This document shows positions 53,738 to 64,000 of a stretch of 64,000 nt of DNA, piece by piece. Within the stretch, counting starts at the first letter, position 1; each line of letters opens with the position of its first letter. This DNA is from Lingula anatina (lineage: Eukaryota; Animalia; Brachiopoda), in NCBI GenBank assembly GCA_051362555.1, contig CM120646.1:23994001-24058000 (forward strand). The letters run 5' to 3'. Made by a program: the position numbers and the translations under genes. The notes beneath the pieces were generated by a model. The model saw only the letters and a program-made list of their open reading frames with translations, made no database searches and was not told the origin of the DNA.

Positions 53738-55331
53738 TGCCGTGCTAGAACAGGTGACAAACATCAACAAAGCAAGGAAATCAAGAAATTGTCCCCTATA
53801 TATACACCTCACTACAGCGCGTGTGAAGAGATCATTTCACCTGCTGCGGCGTTCGTGTGAAAAGACATCATCATTTACTACAAGGAAAAGGAGCAACATT
53901 CTTAAAGAGGATTCTTCACCTCGTGGGCGGCACACGCGTTGATTAACGTGTGCGTGTAAAACACTTGTTTGATTATTTGAACAGCTTGGACATGTCAATG
54001 GACATGATAATTGAAGTGATATTGAGGAAGTACAAGAGGACAAATAGTAGAGATGAGCAATCGTGGAAGTATACGAAAATAATGATGGAAGTATTTCCTT
54101 GACTGGACAGGCTAATAAAAGAAAGAAAACACCCGATAACTGGTTAGCGTATACACTAATGTGAAAAATACGCTTTTTTTTTTTTTTTTTTGAAAAGTCT
54201 ACAAATGTTAACTGAGCCCTTTTTGTTTTGGAATTCGTACATATATCAAAACAAATAACGTGAATTGCATTAGCTCATTGCGATTATACTCATCTGTTGT
54301 CGTAATTACTTGCTATCATTTTATATTTGATGTACGTTTAGACTATATCTGACGACTTAATTAAATATCTATAACAATCGATGTCGTGGTTAACACACGT
54401 ACATGTGTGTAAAGAGATGCTTGAACAGCGGATTTGTAATTACTGGAGTCTCCCTGAACGTCGCTTGGTGTCACCAAAACTCGCCTTAATACTTTAGCCT
54501 CCAAATTTTTCTTCCTTCCATTTATAAATTGAATTTGCAGAATAAACACCAACAAAAAACGACGTACTATTAGATGGTGAACCTGTAGACCTAACTATAG
54601 CGTGCAGCGCTTTCATCATTAAACGAATATTTATTATTATTCAGAACAGCAAGCTATTAAGGTATGGGCAGAGACAAACACAATTTTACTTTAATACGCG
54701 CAAAAGATTTATATCTTCTAACAACCGTTTTAGCATTTTTGAAAAAAATTCAACAAAGTGACCACAAAAAGACATTAGCCATCAGAAGGCAGGTTGGAGC
54801 ATGAGGAACTATCAGCCACAATGAACACAATGGCGACAGTGTTTAGCTGTTCTAAGCTGCTTACCGTGGATGGTTTTGATTGTTAAAAAACGTGAATACT
54901 TACGTAACCTACCTAAACTTAAAGCTAAAATATACCTTGTCAAGGTCAGTCCCGAATCTCGTGATAAAGTTCGGCTTAAGTATTGTATGAACAATGCACT
55001 TGGGCTAATCTTCGCTTTTTTCCACTGATAAAACTGCATTTATCGGTATAACACGTGGTCTTTCTGTCAGTAAATGGTATGATTCACGAACCTTTCCTAC
55101 CGCTGAAACCACTGAGGACGCCAATGCCCATCTAAAATCGGACTACATGGTCATGAAAACAAAAACTGCAACGCGCCAACAATGATTTTTTTAAATGTTA
55201 TTGACTTCTTGTACCCTAATTTTACAGCTGTGCAAGACCGTCAACTTGACGTTTGAAGCCTACATTTTGAACATACCGAGGCATGCTAACATAACTTTCA
55301 AGGGGCAAAGGGGCCCTGGGGCTGGTGTAAG

Positions 55332-55586
55332 GGGGTCGCCTGTTCAAGGGTGTCACCTATCCAAGAGGGTCATCTGTCCAAGAGGGTCGCCTGTTCCAAG
55401 AGGGCTGCCTGTTCCAATAGGGTGGTCTGTCCAAGGTGGTCCCCTGTCCAAGAGGGTTGCCAGTCCAAGAGGGTCGCCTGTTCCAAGAGGGTTGCCTGTG
55501 CCAAGAGGGTGGTCTGTCGAAGGTGGTCCCCTGCCCAAGAGGGTTGCCAGTCCAAGAGGGTCGCCTGTCCAAGAGGGTCCCCTGTT
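55332..55586. repeat. GC-rich minisatellite (~17-19-bp CCAAGAGGG-core units with ~106-bp higher-order period)
   Basis: Repeated (T)CCAAGAGGGT(C/T)GCCTGT variants; generates the repetitive ORFs at 55195-55666. Confidence 0.85.
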
Positions 55587-56759
55587 TTTCACTGTTACGT
55601 TCTCTACGTATTTCTTATCTGTTGTCAAACCGCTTGAATGCGACTCGTTATCTTAACACGCCATGAAAACCACCACGATATACTGTACAACAAAGGAACT
55701 AAACAGCGACCAGGAGATTGATTGGGGAGAGGAAAACAGTCTGGAAGCCATTAAACTGGGCTGGTGTGAACTGTTAGTTCCTGATATTGTGGCGTATTAG
55801 AGCTATTTTGTTGGAGAGGTTTACTTGCACGCGCCACAGATAATGTTTGACATGCAATGTCATCACAATAACTGTCACAGCTGTGTGACAATTGTCACGC
55901 GCTCTAGCACCTTTGTACTAACAGGGCAGGCGCGTGACGCTGATGTTCTTAATGTTGATGTTTAAAGGAAAGTCAAAATATTCGGATTTCTATGTCTCTT
56001 TTTCAGTCCTCACTCATGTCCGTGTATATTTCTCAGGCATACATGATATACATGTATATATCTCCCCTTAATGCTTTTGACGGTCTTTTCTTTTGATTTC
56101 TTTTTACACTACAACATTGTGTACATCTGTTTTAAGCGTATCACAGGAGTGTCTGTCATTAAATGTGCGGACAGAACACAAGTCCTACACAAAGCAGTCT
56201 TCATGTAATACAACTCAATATATATTATTTATATATTATATTACATTATTTATTTTTGCCCTAGGTATTGTCCATGTCTGCCTTTTTTCACTCATAGATT
56301 TCCTATCGTGCCAGCAGTGGATACAACAACGCAACGCAAGAAAACATCAGGGGGTGGGTGGGGTACAACCTTGCTTGAAAGAATTTCGTGTGCTGCATGC
56401 GATTTGAATAAAGTTGAATGCCATCTATAAACAGGATGTCGATGTTTCGGGGATTTTCGTAGGCGTCCTTTAAAAAAAATAAATTTTGTCTTGAATTTCG
56501 TTCGGCTGTCCAATGAGGGGAAAGGGATTTCTACTAAAAACCTGTCATCGCATACTGCGGCATTTCTGTCAGTATCAAGCTTAAGGACGCTGTCAACCAT
56601 CACAGCGACTTTTTTATTACATTTCACGTAACATGCCCCCTATGCTTGCCTCAATACACACTCTCTGTACTGAAACTTGAGCGTTTTTATTTACCAACAT
56701 ATTACAAAAAAAAAAAAAAAATAGAGTGAATGCATTTACTCATTACATATCCAATATTA

Positions 56760-59315
56760 TTAACCAAGCACAGCCGCGTTTGGTTGGAAACCGATAGGTC
56801 GCACCTTCATTTCAGAGGCTTTCAGAGAATGTTGAAATCCCTTAAAGCCATTCCAAATGATACCGTCTGCACCGGGAGCGTTGTCACAGAGAAGATACAA
56901 ACCATTCAGGTTGGAAGCATGGCAGGAGTCGTACCACCATGCGCCTTTGTACTTCACCGCACAATTTACAGAGTATTTTGCGTTATCACGGTCCTTTGTG
57001 CTGAATGGATCTCCACTATGACGGGAAAGACTGTCGCCTGGAAATAATCAATCGTGCTTAGTTCGAATATAATATAATATAATATAATATAATATAATAT
57101 AATATAATATAATATATGGCAAGTTCATTGACTACAGTTATGTGCCATTGAGGCAAGCAATGGAAGAGATAAAAAGAAAAGGAGTTGAAAAAACAGCAAA
57201 AAACAAAGAAAGAAATATATCATAATACTGTTAAAACCCCAATTGTAAGGGTGATTGCTTTTACATTCTGTAACTCAACGCATATTTACCAGCGTTTCCA
57301 GAAAAGGCCCCGGCAGTAAGGCGGTATTTGGCAGCTTCATCTCCGATGGCGAAGTAGGGGTATTTGGCGTATCTCTTCTCTCTTGTGGCGTCCTCCAGAT
57401 CCACGCGGAGTTCGTAAGGGGCTTGGTTTGATAATAAGTGTATGTACTTGTTCCCTGGAAGAAAATATAGAGAGAGCTCGTCACACAAATAAAAGGTGTT
57501 CATAGGCACAAAATCAAAGGAGAAGGCGAGTTGTCAGTTCATTTTTTTTCATTATCTGTCAGACTGATAAATATAGATTAAACACAAAGTAATTTGTCGT
57601 ATCATTCATTCATCATTTATTAGCGTGTCATGTGTATAGAACACCCAGCTCTTCGGGCTTATAAGACACCTGTTGTATACAATTTTTCCTTAAAACAAAA
57701 ATCTTAACAATACCTAGCCAATGTTCCCCGTTCAGATTCCCAAAGCCATATTTATAAGCTGCCCAGTCTCTGTAGAAATCCACGCTGCCGTCCATACGTC
57801 TCTGGAACACCTGTAAACAGTTACTCGTGAACAGCAAGAAGGACATACATTTGTAAATCGGATCATAACATCAGTTGATACTTGTTAAACCTTCGGTTAA
57901 AATAGTAGCCTATTGTAAGACGTTATGCTCCAATCAATGCCTAAACTACATAAGTGTTAGTTATATAAAAGTTTGTTTTAGGTGGTGGCTTAATAAGGTA
58001 TGCTGCAGTGCAGCTTGGAGTATTCTTGAATTGGGATCCATCAAGTGGACAAGGAGACATGGACATGTCACCAATAATAAGTGCTTAATGTGTACAATCC
58101 AACTATAAATTGGAACGAATTTATTACTATTGTGTAACCTGGGCTGTATGTGTCCAACCCCTAGTTACCGTCCACCCTCCCCCGTCTGTTTTCATGTCAT
58201 CTGGACTGTATGTGTCCAACCCCTAGCTTACCGTCCACCCTCCTCCGTCTGTTTTCATGTCACAGTACACGTCCACGTCATCTGGACTGTATGTGTCCAA
58301 CCTCTAGCTTACCGTCCACCCTCCTCCGTCTGTTTTCATGTCACAGTACACGTCCACGTCATCTGGACTGTATGTGTCCAACCCCTAGCTTACCGTCCAC
58401 CCTCCTCCGTCTGTTTTCATGTCACAGTACACGTCCACGACATCTGGACTGTATGTGTTCAATCCCTAGCTTACCGTCCACCCTCCTCCGTCTGTTTTCA
58501 TGTCACAGTACACGTCCACGTCATCTGGACTGTATGTGTCCAACCCCTAGCTTACCGTCCACCCTCCCCCGTCTGTTTTCATGTCACAGTACACGTCCAC
58601 GTCACCTGGACTGTATGTGTCCAACACCTAGCTTACCGTCCACCCTCCCCCGTCTGTTTTCATGTCACAGTACACGTCCACGTCACCTGCACTCTATGTG
58701 TTCAACCCCTAGCTTACCGTCCACCCTCCCCCGTCTGTTTTCATGTCACAGTACACGTCCACGTCACCGCCGCCATTCAGGAGGTTGATGGTGTACACTC
58801 CACTGCGGCGGATTCCCCCTTTATACAGCTCAGCACAGTCCTTGCCCTTAGCTGGATCAGATATAGAGGAAAAGGTCTTATAGTAACCGCAACAGAGGCA
58901 TAATAACATTGTTACGCTGAAGATGCACATTGTAAGATATTCATGGGAAAAAACTCTTTCTTAACATCCATTTACCCAATGTATACCCTGTTTTAAAAAA
59001 GTGTCCAAAAAATTAGGTTTCTGCAAAATAAGGGTAGGTTAACCAACTTATTATGTTTGTCTGGCCTAATTCTTTTAATAATCAATATATTTTCTACTTT
59101 AGGCGTCGACGTACGACGTACACGATTAGCACAGGGAGTACCTGAGTAGGAGAGTCATCTCCTTCATTTCCTTTTTTTCTTTTTCTTTATCACGCGCCTA
59201 AATTTTGAGTAAAACGGCGCACTTACCAGATTGTTTGTCCTCTAAGAGTGCCTCCAGCGTCTTGGAGATATCTGTGCATTGTTGTAGATTACAGTACTGT
59301 TGAGGGATTGGGCGT
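56760..59315 (-). CDS. Fibrinogen-related domain (FReD, ficolin/tenascin-like) gene, minus-strand paralogue; signal exon not located
   Basis: Exons approx. 59315-59227, 58850-58719, 57810-57714, 57455-57289, 57037-56760: [75 protein letters not shown]. Confidence 0.9.
58140..58768 (-). repeat. 81-bp tandem array (~8 units) of FReD exon end + splice donor
   Basis: Minus-strand unit GTGACGTGGACGTGTACTGTGACATGAAAACAGACGGGGGAGGGTGGACG|GTAAGCTAGGGGTTG(A/G)ACACATA(G/C)AGT(G/C)CAG. Confidence 0.95.
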
Positions 59316-59485
59316 CTAGAGCGACAGTTCGAGCGAAATTAGTGACAGACTTTTTAGACTATCACAAAGTTTGGCGTCTAGAGCGACAGCTAGAGTGAAC
59401 TAAATACCAGTTTAAGCCTATCACAGAGTTTGGCGTCTAGAGCGACAGCTAGAGTGAACTAAGATCCAGTTTTTAGACTATCACA
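59311..59485 (-). repeat. ~60-bp tandem repeat (3 units) containing the FReD exon splice acceptor
   Basis: GGCGTCTAGAGCGACAG at 59311, 59373 and 59432 reads CTGTCGCTCTAG|ACGCC on the minus strand; the first copy is the acceptor of the 89-nt exon homologous to 61755-61843. Confidence 0.8.
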
Positions 59486-59489
59486 TGAA

Positions 59490-60753
59490 CAGACTTGACA
59501 TTTAATATGGAATATTTTAGTTTCAAAGGTATGCATAGGTAAAAATGCGCTCTTTTTTTAAAAAAAACTCGGATCTCATATAAGATATTTGACTGGAGAA
59601 GTGTGAATTCAGGTGTGTCGTTACCAATTAACTGACTACCAAGTCTGTTGCACTACTGCATTGTTTAATATGCAGTGATTTAGTTAGGTAGTCCTCCTTT
59701 GGGGTGGTCAAAGCTTGACTTTGGCGAAGCATGGTTCTGTCAAAAAAGTATCCATATGTCGACAACTATGGCATCAAAGAATTTGAAATTTTGCATGCAA
59801 ATGGTGGGTTTTGCAGTCCATAAAAAGAGATAAGCAGTATTTTACAAAAGTGTTAATATGCGCTAGAATGGCGGAATAAAACAAACATTTCCAGACAGAT
59901 AATTGTGTCAGAGTTTACAGACATCCTGACGAGGCCTATGACAAGGCGTGTGCCCCTTCTGAAGTGACTAGAGTCATTGACAGCGTCAATATTTTGAGTG
60001 AATACCACATTGGTGCCAAAACACCAATGGCAGTCATCGATGAAAACCTAAACCAGATCAAATAAAGGAATAATCTGGGGACCACTAGACTACCATTTGA
60101 TAGAGGGTACCTTAGGAACAATTTTAAGTTGCACTATGAGATTGCTGGTTCACAGAGAACAATTTTAATAGCAGATAATTTGCAGAACCAAGGGAATGAG
60201 CAGCTACCTTGGTCATCAAAATCGCCATATTTGAACCACATATACAATATGTGCGTAGGTCATTACTCGCCTAATCAACGCCCTGCATGTCCTACAACAT
60301 ATCTAAACCAAACAGGATAGGTTTTGATTGTTGCCTGGAATTTTATTCCAGATTAAACTCTGAAAACATATCCTAAGGAATGCCTTGCCGCTTTCAAGCT
60401 CTGGTAGCAGCAAGATGAGGTCCGGCGTGACAGTGACCATTGCTGTGACTAGACACTGACATGAGGGGCCTTTGTGGGGAGTGTAACTCTTTTAAAGACA
60501 ATAATTTGAAAAATATGGAGATCAAAAATCTCTCTTTTAATGGTTGTCGTATGACATAGAATAGGCAACGTACTTTTGTTTGCTTCACTGGCAAATTCAA
60601 TTAACGAACTGATGTCACAATGACATCAAATAAGTTATCAAAAGCTATTTAAACACGATTTTAATCCTTATTTTCATTTATCAGTCTTCAAATAGGACAA
60701 AAACTGAAGAATTATGATTTGGAAAAAATATTCCATATTAAATGTCAAGTCTG
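59490..60753 (+). mobile_element. Decayed Tc1/mariner transposon
   Basis: TIRs CAGACTTGACATTTAATATGGAATATTTT / AAAATATTCCATATTAAATGTCAAGTCTG|TA; remnant LPWSSKSPYLNHI (cf. the WPxxSPDLNPI transposase motif) at ~60200-60240. Confidence 0.85.
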
Positions 60754-61377
60754 TAGATGCACTGAGGCCGGATGGTGGACACAGTGCAACCCTTGCCTTC
60801 AGTGCCCAGACATCAAACGTCGTGGCTCCAGCACGGATTTAGGGAAGACTTGAAAACAAATATTTTTGTAACCAAATCAACCTTAAAATTTCGATTATGA
60901 AGCAGCTACCTAGTGCCAAATCATATTAGCTACATGTAAAAATTTTATATATGTTCAGTGAAAATATCAGAAAATATCACGCAACTCACAATAGAAGATC
61001 CATGTTGCCCTCAGTCAACCAGACCACGCCCAAACCGACCACAAAAGAAAAAATATGCATTTTTAAACAAACTTTTTAATATCGCGAAACAACAACCAAA
61101 GATACCTGGCCGTGAACGCACCGTTGTATACTATATAGAGCTGGCTGTACTGGGAACACACGCACGTGTACGCACGTGACAGTTGGAGTGGCCCACGCAC
61201 AAGTTTTGCGTCACACGAGGAAACGCCACCTTCACGTCGTATCTTTTACAAGGGTTACTTGAGAAGTCATGAAAGGACATGTGTGCAGGTTCTCAACAAG
61301 ACCTATTAAATAACACCGTTTTCTTGCAGACGTATTCATTGAAGAACCAAGTTTACATGTAGTTCACAAAGTATATA

Positions 61378-61920
61378 ATGTCTATCTTTTGGCTTGTGAT
61401 CGGTTTAGGCTTGTTTAGGACAAGTGAAAGTATTCCACCGACTCTTCAGTGAGCTCAATTGTATTTTCTTATTTGAACTGATAAACTGCCCACTGTTTTA
61501 CTGGACGGTTATGAAAAGTTAACGTGAGATTAACATAGTAAAGTTGCAATTAAATCGATTTTTATTGTGTTTCAGGTAATTAGTATATGTGAAATAACCT
61601 CTTATAAGATTCATTTCAGGAAATATAACTGTAGGATTTCTGTAACAGAGTATGAAGCTCTTTACGGTAAGGGACGTATCGCATGCCAGCACTAGTTTAT
61701 TAACCGTGGCAGTTTTGAAATGCTATCTTTAATTTACCGAATCTCTCGTTTTAGACCCGGAGCTCCAGTCCAGTATTGCATTCAACAACAGTGTACAGAT
61801 ATCTCCACTACACTGAAAGCACTCCTCACAGACCAGCAGACCGGTTAGTACTCCAGTTTAATCAACCCCTAGGTCTATATTGTACGTTAAGTTTGAAAAA
61901 AAAATGGAGAAAGTCACACA

Positions 61921-61988
<68 letters not shown>

Positions 61989-64000
61989 AAACATTTCTCT
62001 TACAAAGGTACCACTACTAACAATTATTGTACATCAAAAGTAGAATTCTGCTATTATATTATATTATATTATATTATATTATATTATATTATATTATATT
62101 ATATTATATTATATTATATTTTGGGTACCAATTCTCCAAAATGTCAGAATTATATTATATTATATTATATTTTGGGTACCAATTCTCCAAAATGTCAGAA
62201 TTGGAGTCGTGCTTTTTAAAATTAATTTAGTAGGGTTTGATTTGACAAATGTTATTAAAATGCAGTGAACAACTCAATTTATTCTTGAACAAATCAACTA
62301 ATAAAATATTTTCTTTTACATGATGCAGCTAAGGGCAAGGACTGTGCTGAGCTGTATAAAGGGGGTATCCGCCGCAGTGGAGTGTACACCATCAACCTCC
62401 TAAATGGCGGCGGTGACGTGGACGTGTATTGTGACATGAAAACAGACGGGGGAGGGTGGACGGTAAGCTAGGGGTTGAACACATAGAGTGCAGGTGACGT
62501 GGACGTGTACTGTGACATGAAAACAGACGGGGGAGGGTGGACGGTAAGCTAGGGGTTGAACACATAGAGTGCAGGTGACGTGGACGTGCACTGTGACATG
62601 AAAACAGACGGGGGAGGGTGGACGGTAAGCTAGGGGTTGGACACATACAGTCCAGATGCCGTGGACGTGTACTGTGACATGAAAACAGACGGTGGAGAGT
62701 GGACGGTAAGGTGCGGCTTAGATGAAAAACAATGGTTCTTAAATCCAAACAAGGTTTTTATATGTACAGACTCATATTTATACATCTAGTTAGTGATCCT
62801 GTAATTAACCAAAGGATATGATGAATTCTGGATTCTGCTCAAAACGTTCAATGACATAACTTGTGTGTTTTTCACCACATATTGCAATCAGTGGACGTGT
62901 CTGCTTGGATGGTGAGCCAGTTGAGTGCTCTCTAGCAGGTGCCCTTCTGGCTGGTACAAAACTGAACCCCAGCTGAGGACGTACTTCTTAGAAGTTTGCC
63001 ACAGCTATAATGAGAACATCTTGTAGAGAGTAAACCACAAATCTATAATATCTTGTGTTTGAATTTTTTTTCAATATAGTGTACAGTGAGTGATCCAAAA
63101 GTCAACCGTGTGTATACATCACTTCCGTGGCATTGTGTGCTCAAAGTTTGACAGAATCTTTGTTTGTTACCAGGTGTTCCAGAGACGTATGGACGGCAGC
63201 GTGGATTTCTACAGAGACTGGGCAGCTTATAAATATGGCTTTGGGAATCTGAACGGGGAATATTGGCTAGGTAGGTGTAAGAATGACAGGCCGTAGCCGG
63301 GGGGGGGGGGGGGGAAGGTTCTTTGGGTTCGAAAGAACTGCCCCTTTTGCTGGGAATAGGTCCATTTCTGGGTAAAATTTTATCTATGTACATGAAGTTT
63401 TTTATGGAAAGGGTCCACTTTTTCAGAAAAAGAACACCCCTTTTGAAATCCCTGGCTACGGGCCTGCTGCTATACCTTTGACTGTCATTCTGTGCTCTTT
63501 TTTAGGAAACAAGTTTATACACCTGTTGACTAACCAAGCCCCTTACGAACTCCGCGTGGATCTGGAGGACGCCACAAGAGAGAAGAGATACGCCAAATAC
63601 GCCTACTTCACTATAGGAGATGAAGCTGCCAAATACCGCCTGTCTCTTGGCACGTATTCCGGAACCGCTGGTAATTTAGAGATTTACTCAGCTGATGCTT
63701 AAACTTCTCAGTGTTAGAATTTTATTCACGTGAATCAGTTCAGGGTCGCGATAGCAAAGCTATGAACGTTCTGTATGTCTCAAAAACTTCAATGAAAAGT
63801 ATGTATATACATGTTAACTCACTGGATATACTCAGTTTGTAATACAGTGTCTCTCTGTGAACTTCAGGGGACGCCATATCTCACCACACAGGTCAGTTCT
63901 TTACCACCAAGGATAACGACAACGATGAGAGTTCAGCAAACTGCGCGGTGAGACACAGTGGTGCGTGGTGGTATGATCACTGCCACGGAGCCAATCTGAA
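61378..64000 (+). CDS. Secreted FReD gene, plus-strand paralogue, runs off the window (exons 61378-61448, 61755-61843, 62329-62462, 63174-63270, ~63506-63670, ~63869-end)
   Basis: [18 protein letters not shown] leader; [19 protein letters not shown] short coil; [20 protein letters not shown]|[12 protein letters not shown]; ELRVDLED; [13 protein letters not shown]...GAWWY; splice phases consistent. Confidence 0.9.
61915..62170. repeat. Compound microsatellites (CA)n(GA)n and (ATATT)n
   Basis: Direct reading; (AATAT)n tracts also at ~43645-43690 and ~57067-57116. Confidence 0.9.
62412..62711 (+). repeat. 81-bp donor-site tandem array (4 donor copies) in the plus-strand FReD gene
   Basis: TGGACG|GTAAG at 62463, 62544, 62625 and 62706; same unit as 58140-58768. 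Confidence 0.95.

Noticed and set aside
55195-55666. Pro/Gly-rich repeat ORFs in all six frames
   Set aside because: Products of a GC-rich minisatellite with no splice or domain support.
58130-58903. Long repetitive ORFs (257 aa, 192 aa) and 62392-62748
   Set aside because: Antisense translations of the 81-bp arrays; stop-free by chance because the unit length is a multiple of 3.

Overview
AT-rich, intron-containing invertebrate genomic DNA. Gene content looks mollusc/lophotrochozoan-like, but the species cannot be fixed from sequence alone. The first ~36 kb hold a tandem cluster of five intact-looking 4-coding-exon genes that the ORF track misses. They encode signal peptide + 12-Cys peptide + (R/G)KR + paired EF-hand precursors (mytimycin-type architecture with a Diedel-like CGxGxC-x4-CNCxGGC core). 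The cluster also contains an inverted pseudo-exon, duplicated intergenic blocks and many MITEs, including a 5.2-kb nest of four DNA transposons. The rest holds an AA15-type LPMO, a PhyH-family 2OG-Fe dioxygenase, a CARD-NB-ARC-TPR NLR-like gene, a secreted tyrosinase-like gene and two divergently oriented fibrinogen-related paralogues. The most unusual structural signal is tandem arrays built from splice junctions in two unrelated gene families: 68-bp and 81-bp exon-end + donor units, and ~60-bp acceptor units. Exon coordinates were derived by hand from GT-AG signals and reading-frame continuity.
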